Of a stretch of 32,000 nucleotides of DNA, positions 1-9,781 are shown piece after piece. The stretch lies in NCBI RefSeq assembly GCF_019464535.1, contig NZ_CP080507.1:810001-842000 (forward strand). The letters are read 5' to 3'. The stretch is from Horticoccus luteus. Its GTDB lineage: Bacteria > Verrucomicrobiota > Verrucomicrobiia > Opitutales > Opitutaceae. The notes beneath the pieces are model-generated. The model did not search any database, was not told the DNA's origin, and saw only the letters and a list, made by a program, of their open reading frames with translations. Both the position numbers and the translations under genes were made by a program. Position 1 is the stretch's first letter. Each line of letters begins with the position of its first letter.

Positions 1-1
1 A

Positions 2-772
2 AAGACGGCGCTAGTCACAGGCTCCACGAGCGGCATTGGATGGGCCGTTGCGCAGGCCTTCGCGCAGCAGGGGATGAATGTGATGTTGCACGGTTTGGGC
101 GATCCGGACGCGAACGAAGCACTGCGGGCGCGCTTGGAAAGAGAGGCGGAGGTGCGCGTGAAATTACACAGCGCCAATCTTGCGGAGCCGGCGGAGGCGG
201 AGCGGTTGGTGATCGATACAGCGTCCCAGTTGGGTGGGATCGATATTTTGGTTAACAACGCTGGAATCCAGTTCGTCGCCGCGGTCGAGGAATTTCCGCC
301 GGAGCGCTGGACCGAGATTCAAAATGTGGTGCTCAACGCGTCGTTTCGCGCGACGCGCGCCGCCGTGCCGGAGATGCGTCGTCGCGGGTGGGGGCGGATA
401 TTGAACATTGCTTCAGCGCACGGCGTGGTGGCTTCACCGTTTAAGAGCGCTTACGTCGCGGCGAAGCATGCCCAGGTTGGCCTGACGAAGAGTGTGGCGT
501 TGGAGCTCGCGGAAACGGGCATCACGTGTAACGCGATCTGTCCCGGCTACGTGAGGACACCGTTGGTCGAAAACCAAATCGATGCGCAAGCCAAGGTGCA
601 CGGTCTGTCGCGCGAGCGGGTGGTGCGCGACGTGATTTTGGCGGCTCAGCCGACGAAGCGCTTCATCGAGGTCGAGGAAGTCGCGGCGCTGGCGGTCTTT
701 CTTTGCGGCGATATGGCGCGGTCCATCACTGGTGCGGCGATCGCGATGGATGGCGGCTGGACCGCGCGATGA
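2..772 (+). CDS. bdhA: Short-chain dehydrogenase/reductase, 3-hydroxybutyrate dehydrogenase type; 5' end cut by the window edge
   Basis: The frame of track ORF 74..772 stays open back to base 2 and reads KTALVTGSTSGIGWAVAQAF, the TGxxxGIG Rossmann motif. The catalytic YVAAKH (YxxxK) is present. The stretch AYVAAKHAQVGLTKSVALELAETGITCNAICPGYVRTPLVENQI closely matches BdhA-type SDRs as I remember them. Confidence 0.8.
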   Translation, partial: KTALVTGSTSGIGWAVAQAFAQQGMNVMLHGLGDPDANEALRARLEREAEVRVKLHSANLAEPAEAERLVIDTASQLGGIDILVNNAGIQFVAAVEEFPPERWTEIQNVVLNASFRATRAAVPEMRRRGWGRILNIASAHGVVASPFKSAYVAAKHAQVGLTKSVALELAETGITCNAICPGYVRTPLVENQIDAQAKVHGLSRERVVRDVILAAQPTKRFIEVEEVAALAVFLCGDMARSITGAAIAMDGGWTAR

Positions 773-995
773 ATGCGACCAAGGCGACTGGCCGGCCCCG
801 CCCGCGCCCACGCGGCCCACGTCAGCGCGGATGGTGAGCGGGCGGCAGGGGTGAATTGTGCGGCTGGCCGCGACGTGCGATGTGGCAAAAACGCTCGTGC
901 CGCTGCCCGGCATCTGAAAGAAGCCAGCTCAGAAGCGGCCGGGGCCGTTGCAAGGAGAAGAGCAAGCGCCGCCGCACATCGATCAACTTTTGCGT

Positions 996-1826
996 ATGAA
1001 AGAAGCACGTCTCAATCGACTATTTAATCCCCAAACACGCCGCTGTTTCGACGTCGCGATCGATCACGGCTTCTTCAATGAAGCCACGTTCCTCGCCGGC
1101 ATTGAGGATATGCCCGCCACGATTGCGACATTGGTCGAAGCGGCGCCGGACGCCATCCAGCTCACGGTAGCGCAGGCACGGCATTTGCAAACCCTGCCTG
1201 TGCGGCCGAAGCCGGCGCTGGTTTTGCGCACAGATGTCGCCAATGTCTATGGACGAAAGTTGCCGCGCACGTTGTTCTCGCGAGTGCTGGAAGACGCCGT
1301 ACTGCAGGCGGTGCGGCTCGACGCGGCCTGCGTCGTGGTGAACTTGTTTCGGATTCCGGATGAGCCGGAAATTGGCGACCAGTGCGTGCGCAACATCCTG
1401 GCGCTCAAACCGGCGTGCGACCATTACGGGATGCCGCTGATGATTGAGCCGTTGGTGTTTCAACCCAACGAACGCGCCGGTGGTTACATGGTCGATGGCG
1501 ATCGTGAAAAGATCGTGCCGTTGGTGCGGCAGGCAGTCGAACTGGGCGCGGACATTATCAAGGCGGATCCGACGGATAATCCGGAAGACTATCATCAAGT
1601 GGTGCAGACGACCGGAGGGATTCCGGTCTTGGTGCGAGGTGGGAGCAAAGCACCGGAACGGGAGATCCTCACGCGCACGGCGGCGCTGTTGCAGCAGGGC
1701 GTCGCGGGCATCGTGTATGGCCGCAATATCATTCAGCACCGTTCGCCGGGCGCGATGACGAGGGCGTTGATGGCTATCTTGCACGAGCAGGCGACGGTGG
1801 CGCAAGCGATGGAGATCCTCGCATGA
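996..1826 (+). CDS. Class I aldolase of the DhnA/FbaB/LsrF family (DeoC/LacD superfamily)
   Basis: Track ORF 948..1826. ARLNRLFNPQTRRCFDVAIDHGFF, GADIIKADP (Schiff-base Lys context) and GIPVLVRGGSKAPEREIL...GVAGIVYGRNIIQH run collinear with E. coli LsrF/FbaB as recalled from memory. The start is uncertain: TTG at 948 or ATG at 996. The stop overlaps the next start (ATGA at 1823-1826). Confidence 0.75.
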   Translation: MKEARLNRLFNPQTRRCFDVAIDHGFFNEATFLAGIEDMPATIATLVEAAPDAIQLTVAQARHLQTLPVRPKPALVLRTDVANVYGRKLPRTLFSRVLEDAVLQAVRLDAACVVVNLFRIPDEPEIGDQCVRNILALKPACDHYGMPLMIEPLVFQPNERAGGYMVDGDREKIVPLVRQAVELGADIIKADPTDNPEDYHQVVQTTGGIPVLVRGGSKAPEREILTRTAALLQQGVAGIVYGRNIIQHRSPGAMTRALMAILHEQATVAQAMEILA

Positions 1827-2959
1827 GCGCCTCCGATAATCCTGTGGTGCGCGTGGGCGTGATTGGCGCCGGATTGATGGGACGCGAAGTCGCCAGCGCT
1901 TTTGGTCGCTGGTTCGCGTTGCTGGATTGTCCGGTGCGGCCTGAGTTGGTGGCCGTGTGCGACGTCAATCCAGCCGCGTTGGATTGGTTCCGGCAGGTGC
2001 CTTCTGTCCGGCACTTTTGCGCCACGCATCACGAGCTGTTGGCGTGCGAGGACGTCGATGTCGTCTACGCCGCGGTGCCGCATCATTTGCACGAGCAAAT
2101 CTATTTGGACGTGCTGCGCGCAGGAAAGGATCTGCTGGCGGAAAAGCCGTTCGGGATCGACTTGCGGGCGGCGCGCGCGATTCGGGAGGAGGGCGAACGG
2201 CTGGGGCGGTTCGTGCGGGTTTCGTCGGAGTTTCCCTTTCTGCCCGGCGCGCAACGGGTGATGAAATTTGTTCAAGGCAACGATCTGGGAGCACTGTTAT
2301 CCATTCGCAGCCGGTTCCTTCATTCCAGTGATCTTGATCCGAAGAAGCCGATCAATTGGAAGCGAATCACCCAGTTTTGCGGCGAGGCGGGAGTGATGAA
2401 TGACCTGGGGTTGCACGTGGCGCATGTGCCGCTGCGGTTGGGTTGGCGGCCATTGTGGGTCTATGCACAACTGCAGAAGATATATGAATCCCGCCCGGAC
2501 GGGAAAGGAGGCACCGCGAAGTGCGATACCTGGGATAACGCCATGGTCCATGGTACGGCGCAAATCGCCGGGCAATCAGTGCCGCTGTCGCTGGAGATGA
2601 AACGGATGGCGCCGACGGAAACCAATACGTGGGAAATCGAGGTGCTCGGAACCGATCGGGGCGTGCGATATTCCACCAAAGAGCCGAAGACGCTCTGGCA
2701 GTATTCCCGGGCGGAGGAGCAATCGTGGTCCAAGGTCGACTTGGGATTTGCGATGCCGTTCAAAACGATCACGGGGGGGATTTTTGAGCCGGGGTTCCCC
2801 GACCTCTTGCAGCAGATGTGGGCGGCTTTTCTCGCCGAGCGGGCGGGGAAGCTGGAGGGCCGTTTCGGTTGTGCGACGCCTGCCGAAGCGGTCGCGCATC
2901 ATGAGATCTGGACGGCGGCGCTGCTGAGCCATGTGGAGCAACGCGTGGTGAGCGTGTGA
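1823..2959 (+). CDS. Gfo/Idh/MocA family NAD(P)-dependent oxidoreductase
   Basis: N-terminal Rossmann VRVGVIGAGLMGREV, the family EKP motif (LLAEKPFG), and about 378 aa. ATGA overlap with the upstream aldolase suggests translational coupling. Confidence 0.75.
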   Translation: MSASDNPVVRVGVIGAGLMGREVASAFGRWFALLDCPVRPELVAVCDVNPAALDWFRQVPSVRHFCATHHELLACEDVDVVYAAVPHHLHEQIYLDVLRAGKDLLAEKPFGIDLRAARAIREEGERLGRFVRVSSEFPFLPGAQRVMKFVQGNDLGALLSIRSRFLHSSDLDPKKPINWKRITQFCGEAGVMNDLGLHVAHVPLRLGWRPLWVYAQLQKIYESRPDGKGGTAKCDTWDNAMVHGTAQIAGQSVPLSLEMKRMAPTETNTWEIEVLGTDRGVRYSTKEPKTLWQYSRAEEQSWSKVDLGFAMPFKTITGGIFEPGFPDLLQQMWAAFLAERAGKLEGRFGCATPAEAVAHHEIWTAALLSHVEQRVVSV

Positions 2960-3006
2960 AGCGCTCGGGCCATGCACGCTCATTCACTTGAACGGAGGCT
3001 TTCACG

Positions 3007-4083
3007 GTGGCACCAAGCTCATCGGCGATGATTGCTTCTTCCAACTCCGACCGGCGCGGCCTATTGGCGGCGGGAAACTTTATAGTTGATCACGTCAAAA
3101 CCATCGACGTGTGGCCGAAGCAGGACGCGCTCGCAAATATTGTGGGCGAAGTTTCGGCGAACGGCGGGTCGCCGTATAATATTCTCATCAATCTGACGAA
3201 ACTCGGTGCGGCGTTTCCGCTGCAAGCGGCCGGTTGCGTGGGCGCGGATGCCAACGGCGCCTTCGTGCGCGAGCATTGCCGGAGCGCCGGGATCGCGGTC
3301 GGGCAACTGCACGAATTGCGCGATGCGGCCACGAGTTATACCGATGTGATGACGGTGCGCTCCGACGGGCGGCGGACGTTTTTCCATCAACGCGGCGCCA
3401 ATGCGCGTTTTGGACGAGAACATGTGGATTTCACGGTGACGCGGGCCAGGCACTTCCATTTGGGCTATATGCTTTTGCTCGATGCCTTGGATGCGTTGGA
3501 TGACGCCGGTAAGCCCGGTCACGCCGATCTTCTCGCCCGGGCGCGCGCGGCGGGACTGACGACGTCGGTGGACTGCGTGAGCGAGGAGAGCGACCGATTC
3601 GCATCCATCCTTTTGGGCACGTTGCCCGAGGTGGACCTGTTGTTCGCCAACGATTTTGAGGCGGAAAAACTCACGGGGTTGAGGCTCGGCCGCGGTGAAG
3701 AAGTGGAGCCGGAGCAGTTTCGGCGCGCGGCGGCAGAACTGCTGCGGCTGGGCGTGCGTCAGGTGGTGGTGATTCACGCGCCAGAGGGCGTGTGTGCCGT
3801 CACGAAGAGTGGTGAAGCGCGGTGGCAGCCGAGTGTGGCTTTGCCGGGGCGGATGATTGCCGGGGCCGCCGGCGCGGGTGATGCATTGGCGGCGGGTGTC
3901 CTGTATGGGTGGCACGAAGGCTGGCCGCTGGAACGTGCCCTTGAACTGGGCACCTGCGCGGCCGCTGCGTCGTTAACGCACGCCTCGTGCAGCGAAGGGG
4001 TGCGGACGGTGGAAGAAAGTCTGCGCTTCGGCCGGGAGCTGGGTTTCCGCGGCGCCGGCCAGCGGTGGTCAACGGGGAATTGA
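3007..4083 (+). CDS. PfkB/ribokinase-family carbohydrate (sugar or sugar-phosphate) kinase
   Basis: C-terminal PfkB signature GAGDALAAGVLYG and an N-terminal LLAAGNFIVDHV beta-strand start. GGAGG at 2994-2998 lies 8 nt upstream of the GTG at 3007 and supports this start. Confidence 0.75.
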   Translation: MAPSSSAMIASSNSDRRGLLAAGNFIVDHVKTIDVWPKQDALANIVGEVSANGGSPYNILINLTKLGAAFPLQAAGCVGADANGAFVREHCRSAGIAVGQLHELRDAATSYTDVMTVRSDGRRTFFHQRGANARFGREHVDFTVTRARHFHLGYMLLLDALDALDDAGKPGHADLLARARAAGLTTSVDCVSEESDRFASILLGTLPEVDLLFANDFEAEKLTGLRLGRGEEVEPEQFRRAAAELLRLGVRQVVVIHAPEGVCAVTKSGEARWQPSVALPGRMIAGAAGAGDALAAGVLYGWHEGWPLERALELGTCAAAASLTHASCSEGVRTVEESLRFGRELGFRGAGQRWSTGN

Positions 4084-4106
4084 CCAGAGAGATAGGCGGG
4101 CAGGCA

Positions 4107-4137
4107 GGCGTTTGGTTGCCGCGAAGCGGCACACGCC
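4107..4137. terminator. GC-rich hairpin between convergent genes (possible bidirectional terminator)
   Basis: GGCGT(4107-4111)...TGCCGC(4117-4122) GAA GCGGCA(4126-4131)...ACGCC(4133-4137). It sits in the 56-bp gap between the kinase stop (4083) and the RND stop (4140). There is no clear U-tract. Confidence 0.3.
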
Positions 4138-4139
4138 AA

Positions 4140-7100
4140 TCAAGTGGTGGGTGGCCTTGGGTGGCGGAGCGAGAGCAGGACAGGCAGGACGATCAGGACG
4201 ACGGGCATTTGCAACAGCAGGCCGGACACGATCGCGATTGCGAGGGGCTGCTGCATCGCAGAGCCGGCGCCGAGACCGAGGGCCAGCGGCAAGAGTGCGA
4301 GGATGGCGGCAAACGTCGTCATGGTGATGGGCCGCAGGCGATTTACGCCGGCTTGCACGAGCGCGTCCGCCGTCGGAAGGTCCGCGGGTAGCGATTCGAA
4401 TTCCGACACGTAGAAAATCGCCACCTCGGTCGCGATGCCGACGATCATCGTCAGACCCATCATCGAGGAGATGTTCAATTCGGTGTGTGTGAGCCAGAGG
4501 CCGATCATCACCGCCGAGAGCGCGAGGAGGGTGGACACGAGCATGGCGCCAGCCGTGAAGAAACTCTCGTAGAGGAAAAGCAGCAGTAGGAACACGAGGG
4601 CGACCGCCGCGCCAAAGACGAGCATGAGCCCCGTGAAGGCCGAGCGCTGTTGCGCATACGTGCCGCCGAGGGCGAAATACATTCCGGCGGGCACGGTGCC
4701 CGGGCGCCGCAGAGCGGCTTGCACGTCGCGAATCGTCGAACCGAGATCGCGACCACTGATTCGCGCCGTCACCGCCAGCATACGTTTCAGGTTGTCCCGG
4801 CTGATTTGGGGCTGGCCCACCACGCGGGAGATGGCGGCGACACGCTGCGCGGGAAAATAGTGCCCATCCGGCGCGCGCAATCGCAGGCGCGCGATGTCTT
4901 CGGCCGTGCGGCGCTCGTCGGTGGGAATCCAGACGCGGATGCCGACCAGCTTGGGCCCTTGTTCGATCTTGGTGGTCGTCTCGGCTCCTCCGAGCAGGTC
5001 CGCCAGTTGGGTCGTGATCGCCTGCGGATCCATGCCTTCACGAGCCGCCAAGTCGCGGTCGACGGTGATGTTGAGGGCATCGCCCGCGAGCACGATGCCA
5101 TCCTTCACGTCCACGACACCGGGGATGCGGCCGATGGCGTCGGCGACATGCGGCGCGGTGCGTTGGAGCAAGGCGCCGTCGTCCGCATAGAGTTTGATCT
5201 CGATCGGCTGCGGCACCGCGGTGAGATCGCCGATCAGATCCTCCATCAGCTCTGCCATTTCAATTTCCAAGCCGGGCACCGTCGCGTGCACTTTGGTGCG
5301 CACTTCGTCGATGACATCGTCGATGTCGCGGCGGGGCGGCGGCTTGAGCCGGATGAAGAAATCGCCCTCGTTCGCTTCGGTCAGCCCGCCGCCCAACTGC
5401 AAACCGGTGCGGCGCGAATAGGTCTCCACCTCGGGGGTCGCTTGGAGGATGGCTTCAACCTGGCTCAGCAGCCGGTCGGTCTCCGTGAGCGAGGTGCCGG
5501 AGGCGGCGCGGTAATCGAGAATGAAGCCGCCCTCGTCCATCGACGGCATGAACCCGGAGCCCACCTGCCGGTAGCCGAACCACGCCGCCACCAGGAGCGG
5601 GCCGATGCCGAGCAGAATCAGCGCCGGGCGGCCGAGCACCCGCCGCATCAGCCGGTCGTAGGCGCGGTGCACCCGCGTGGTAAGCGCGCCGCCTTCGCGT
5701 TGCTGCGCATCCTTCGCCGTGAGAAAATGGTCGGCGAGAATGGGCACGGCGAGCCATGCGAGCAAAAAGGAGATGACAAGGCTGGCCGCCATCGTCAGCG
5801 ACAGGGCGCGAAAGAAAGCGCCCGTCACGCCGGATAAAAAGGCCAGCGGCGCAAAGATGATCACCGTTGACAGCGATGAGGCGACGAGCGGTTCGGTAAA
5901 CTCCGCCGCGGCCGCCCAGACGCGCCCGTGATGGGGGCCGGTGCTCCCGCGCAACCGCCGCACCACATGCTCCACCATGACGATGGCATCGTCGATGATG
6001 AGCCCGACCGCCGCGGCCATGCCGCCGAGCGTCATGATATTGAAGCTGCCGTGCAGCAGCTTGAGCAGCAGCACTGTGGCCGCGAGCGAAGCGGGCACGC
6101 ATACGATGGCGATGAGCGTGATTTTGCCGTTGCGCAGGAAGAGGAGCAGCACGGCGCCGGCGAGCAACACGCCGATCGCGACCGCATCGCGCACGCTCTT
6201 TTCGGCGGCGACGATCAACTGGCTCTGGTCATACCAGTTCGCGACCTTCACATCCGGTGGAAGCTGGCCGGTCACGCCTTTCAACTTGGCGCGGACGTCG
6301 GCGGCGATCTGCACCGTGTTGCCGCCGGGCTGCTGGTAAACCTGAAAGATGACAGCCTCCCGGCCGTCCGCCGTGACGCGCGTCCACTGGGGCTTGGTGG
6401 CGAGCGTCACCGTTCCGATGTCGGCGACGCGCAGGAGGCCGGCCGGGCGGGTGGTGAGGACGGTGGCGCCTAGTTGCTCGGCGGTCGCGAGACGGTTGTC
6501 CACGAGCGTGAGGTAGAGTTTGTAATGATCCTCAATGCGCCCGACGGCGCTGATGGTGTTGGCCGCGGAAAGCGCGCGGGCGACGTCGCCGACGGTCAGG
6601 CCGTGCGCCTCAAGCTGCGCCGGATCGATCGTCACGCGATACTCCGCTTCCGCTCCACCCAGCACGGCGACCTGGGCCACGCCGTCGACGGCCGAGAGCA
6701 ACGGCCGCAACTGGTAGTAGGCGATATCGCGCAGCGCGACGAGAGAACGCCGGGATGAAGTGAGGCTGTAAGCGATCGACGGAAACACGGTCGGATCCAT
6801 GCGGCGGGCCTCGAAGGTCGTGCCCGGCGGCAGCGAGGAAAGGGTGCGGTTGACGGCGGATTCCACCTGCAACAGCGCCGAGATCATGTCCGCGCCCCAA
6901 TCGAAATTGATCGAAACTTCCGCGCTGCCGCGCGTCGACGCCGAACGGATGCTCCGCAGCCCGGGCACCGAGCGCACGGCGTTTTCGATCGGAATCGTCA
7001 CCTCGGTCGTCATCCGCTCCACCGGTCGGTCACCGGCATCGAGACTGACGACAATGCGCGGAAAATCCACTTGGGGAAACAGCGATACGGGCAGCGTCCA

Positions 7101-7187
7101 CGTGGCGCCGGCGCCGGCGAGAATGAGAATCGCGAGGAGAAATAGCACCGCGCGGCGGTGCGCTTGCATCCAGCCGATGAACATCAC
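4140..7187 (-). CDS. RND-superfamily efflux transporter, inner-membrane permease subunit (AcrB/CzcA-like)
   Basis: 1015 aa with a 12-TM-type layout and two large periplasmic loops. TM4 motif is AVGLIIDDAIVMVEH. Its start overlaps the stop of the upstream adaptor gene. Confidence 0.9.
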   Translation of the reverse strand: MMFIGWMQAHRRAVLFLLAILILAGAGATWTLPVSLFPQVDFPRIVVSLDAGDRPVERMTTEVTIPIENAVRSVPGLRSIRSASTRGSAEVSINFDWGADMISALLQVESAVNRTLSSLPPGTTFEARRMDPTVFPSIAYSLTSSRRSLVALRDIAYYQLRPLLSAVDGVAQVAVLGGAEAEYRVTIDPAQLEAHGLTVGDVARALSAANTISAVGRIEDHYKLYLTLVDNRLATAEQLGATVLTTRPAGLLRVADIGTVTLATKPQWTRVTADGREAVIFQVYQQPGGNTVQIAADVRAKLKGVTGQLPPDVKVANWYDQSQLIVAAEKSVRDAVAIGVLLAGAVLLLFLRNGKITLIAIVCVPASLAATVLLLKLLHGSFNIMTLGGMAAAVGLIIDDAIVMVEHVVRRLRGSTGPHHGRVWAAAAEFTEPLVASSLSTVIIFAPLAFLSGVTGAFFRALSLTMAASLVISFLLAWLAVPILADHFLTAKDAQQREGGALTTRVHRAYDRLMRRVLGRPALILLGIGPLLVAAWFGYRQVGSGFMPSMDEGGFILDYRAASGTSLTETDRLLSQVEAILQATPEVETYSRRTGLQLGGGLTEANEGDFFIRLKPPPRRDIDDVIDEVRTKVHATVPGLEIEMAELMEDLIGDLTAVPQPIEIKLYADDGALLQRTAPHVADAIGRIPGVVDVKDGIVLAGDALNITVDRDLAAREGMDPQAITTQLADLLGGAETTTKIEQGPKLVGIRVWIPTDERRTAEDIARLRLRAPDGHYFPAQRVAAISRVVGQPQISRDNLKRMLAVTARISGRDLGSTIRDVQAALRRPGTVPAGMYFALGGTYAQQRSAFTGLMLVFGAAVALVFLLLLFLYESFFTAGAMLVSTLLALSAVMIGLWLTHTELNISSMMGLTMIVGIATEVAIFYVSEFESLPADLPTADALVQAGVNRLRPITMTTFAAILALLPLALGLGAGSAMQQPLAIAIVSGLLLQMPVVLIVLPVLLSLRHPRPPTT

Positions 7188-8293
7188 GGTTGCGGCGCCT
7201 TCGCGTCGGAGGGGTTGTCCGTTTGACCGTCGGCCGCGGGCGGCCCGACGTGCACCGCCATACCGTCTTCGAGTTCGTAGTTACCGAGGGTCACGACGGG
7301 TTCGCCGGCCTGCAAATCCGGACCGCTCACCGCGACGACATCGCCCGCCGTCACTCCGGCGTGCACCTCGTGGCGGACGGCCTTGCCGTCTTTCACGGTG
7401 AACAAAATCTCGCGATCACCATCCGGCAACAACGCGCGGCGCGGCGCCACGAGAGCTTTTTCGCGATGCACTTCGATCAAGGCCCGCACGTGTTCGCCGA
7501 GTAGAAACGGCGCGCCCGGCGGCAAGGGCGCGCGGGCGTCGATCGCGCCGGACACCGCATCAACGACGCGGCCGACGGTTCGCACGGTGGTGGTTGTAGC
7601 AGCGGTGTGGGGACGGGTGGCGGAAGTGAGCGTCACCTTTTGGCCGGCCGCCACACGGGTGGCGTCGGTCGCTTCGAGGCCGAGTTGCGCTTCCAAGCCA
7701 TCGCCCGCGGTCACGGCGGCGAGCGGCGTGCCGGCGGCCACCCATGCGCCGGTCGTTGCGTCGACCTTGCTCACGAAGCCGTCCACCGGAGCGAGCACGC
7801 GGCCATCGCCGCCGGCGCCGCGCGCCAGGAGGCTGGCGACTTTCAGCTTCGCGTCCTGCGCGGCTTGCTGCGTGGTGAGAAGTTCGGTGCGCGTCGCGAG
7901 TTGCAGGTCGTAGCGCTGCTGGGTGTCAGCGCGGTTTTTTTCCGCCAGATCCGCCGCGCTGCGGGCGGAGTCCAGGGCGAGTTGCGCGTCGGGTGTCAGA
8001 GCGAGTTCCACGAGCACGTCGCCGGCGGCGACTCGCGTGCCCGGCGCGACCGCAACCCGGCGCACTACGCCGTCGAAGGTCGCGACGGCCATGCGTTCGC
8101 TCGACGGCGCGGCGGTCACGAGGCCGAAAGACGCGACGGTTTGCGCAATCTCCCGGAGCGCGAGAGGCGTGACTTCGACGGTCGCAGTGGTCGCGGGTTC
8201 AGGTGCGGGCTGCGGGGTCGCGCGGTGCCGCCACCAAAACCAGACCCCGAAAACCAGAGCGGCGAGAAGAAGGAGCAGAATAAATTTCTTCAT
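7184..8293 (-). CDS. Efflux RND periplasmic adaptor subunit (membrane fusion protein, HlyD/AcrA family)
   Basis: 369 aa with N-terminal anchor MKKFILLLLLAALVFGVWFW, an Ala/Gln-rich coiled-coil hairpin segment and beta-barrel segments. Position between the OMF and RND genes, with ATGA overlap at 8290-8293. Confidence 0.85.
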   Translation of the reverse strand: MKKFILLLLLAALVFGVWFWWRHRATPQPAPEPATTATVEVTPLALREIAQTVASFGLVTAAPSSERMAVATFDGVVRRVAVAPGTRVAAGDVLVELALTPDAQLALDSARSAADLAEKNRADTQQRYDLQLATRTELLTTQQAAQDAKLKVASLLARGAGGDGRVLAPVDGFVSKVDATTGAWVAAGTPLAAVTAGDGLEAQLGLEATDATRVAAGQKVTLTSATRPHTAATTTTVRTVGRVVDAVSGAIDARAPLPPGAPFLLGEHVRALIEVHREKALVAPRRALLPDGDREILFTVKDGKAVRHEVHAGVTAGDVVAVSGPDLQAGEPVVTLGNYELEDGMAVHVGPPAADGQTDNPSDAKAPQP

Positions 8294-9729
8294 GGCGATG
8301 CGGCCGCGACGCGGCGGTTAAGGAGCGGCTGGCCGGTGACGGTTTCGAGTCCGACCTCGAGTTCGAGGAGTGATTGCTGCAGCTGGCTTTGTTCGATGCG
8401 CCGCGTCGCGAGCGTGTCGCGTGCGTCCCGATACGCGGCGGGTGTCACGCTATGTCCGGCCAGCGCCCGGGCGAAGGAGGCGGCGAGTTGCTCCAATGCC
8501 GGCAGGGTCGCATCAATGGCGCCGAGTTCGGCGCGTGTGGCCGTGATCTGGGCGATGATTTGACCGACTTCCGAGCGCGCCTCGGCAACGCGGGCGACGT
8601 ATTCCTCGAAGAGTTGCTGGCGGGTGGCACGGGCCACGGCGATCTGGCCCTGACCCCGGTCGAAGAGCGGCAGGTCGAGCGTGACACCGATGCTGTGGGT
8701 GTGGACGTCGCTGGTGTCGCGAGCGCGGGAGAGGCTGACATCGAGCCGGGGGAATTGGGCCTTTACGGCGGCGCGCAGCGTCGCTTCCTGGCTGGCGTAG
8801 CCGAGCTTGAGCGCGGCGAGGTCGAGGCGGCGCGTGGGCAAACCGTCCAGCGCCTGGGCGAGCGCATTTTCCGGGAGCGCAGGAAATCCGTCGTCGAGGT
8901 GGAGTTGAAGTGGTTCATCGACGGGCTGGCCGAGGGCGAGGTTAAGCGCGGAACGGTCGACGAGAATCTGCTGCTCGAGCGCGAGGCGGTCGGCTTGCGC
9001 GCGGCGCCAGGCGTCGTTTGCCGGCGTGAGGTCGGGTGCCGGGCTCAAGCGTTGTTGCACGGCGCGCCGGGTTTCCTCCAGCGCTTCCGCGCGATCGGAC
9101 TCGACGTCACGCGCCCACGGCAACCGTTGCTCCAGCGACCACAGACGAAAAGCGCGCATGCGCGCTTCCTGCGAGGCCTGCCATTCCTGCCACGCGATTG
9201 ACAGGTCGAGTGCATCGGCGGTGGCGCGAGCGGCCGCCTTCACGTCGCCGTGCGCCAGCAGCGCCGTGACATCCCAGCTCACGCCGAGGCTGTCGCCGTT
9301 CACGAGCGTGGGATCGCCGCGGGCATCGACGCGATCAAACGAGGCGCTGAGTTGCGGATTTGGCAGGAGGCCGGCTTGGAGGAGTTGCGCGCGGGCGACG
9401 CCCCGCTGGGCGCGGAGCGCGCGTAATGCCGGACTGGTGATGACGACCATCACGGCGATTTCGTCGGGCGAAAATCCATCCCGCGCGTCGATGACCACGG
9501 GGCGGATAAGAGGGTGTTGCAGGTTTGCCGCGGCGACTTTCACTGCGGCCAAGTTGGGGGCTCGCAACGCGGCCGCGACGGCCGGCGCATCGAGGGGTTT
9601 CGGTTGATAGGTTGCGCAGCCGGTCACAGCCAGCACTCCGACCGCCAAGGCTCCGCGCCAGAACCGGGCAGTCGCGGGGAAGGTGGACCCGCGCGCACGA
9701 GTGGGGCGGCCAGAGCGGCGGCAAACCAT
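8290..9729 (-). CDS. Outer-membrane efflux factor (TolC/CzcC/OprM family), probably a lipoprotein
   Basis: Duplicated alpha-helical repeat halves typical of the OMF family. Lipobox-like LAVGVLAVTGC follows the ATG at 9729. The track ORF extends to 9822, but that extension overlaps the upstream PepSY gene (stop at 9782), so I prefer 9729. Confidence 0.8.
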   Translation of the reverse strand: MVCRRSGRPTRARGSTFPATARFWRGALAVGVLAVTGCATYQPKPLDAPAVAAALRAPNLAAVKVAAANLQHPLIRPVVIDARDGFSPDEIAVMVVITSPALRALRAQRGVARAQLLQAGLLPNPQLSASFDRVDARGDPTLVNGDSLGVSWDVTALLAHGDVKAAARATADALDLSIAWQEWQASQEARMRAFRLWSLEQRLPWARDVESDRAEALEETRRAVQQRLSPAPDLTPANDAWRRAQADRLALEQQILVDRSALNLALGQPVDEPLQLHLDDGFPALPENALAQALDGLPTRRLDLAALKLGYASQEATLRAAVKAQFPRLDVSLSRARDTSDVHTHSIGVTLDLPLFDRGQGQIAVARATRQQLFEEYVARVAEARSEVGQIIAQITATRAELGAIDATLPALEQLAASFARALAGHSVTPAAYRDARDTLATRRIEQSQLQQSLLELEVGLETVTGQPLLNRRVAAASP

Positions 9730-9781
9730 GATGGCGCAGGAGGAGGGGAAGGAGGGAAGAGCAGGCGGCGCCGGAGACGGG

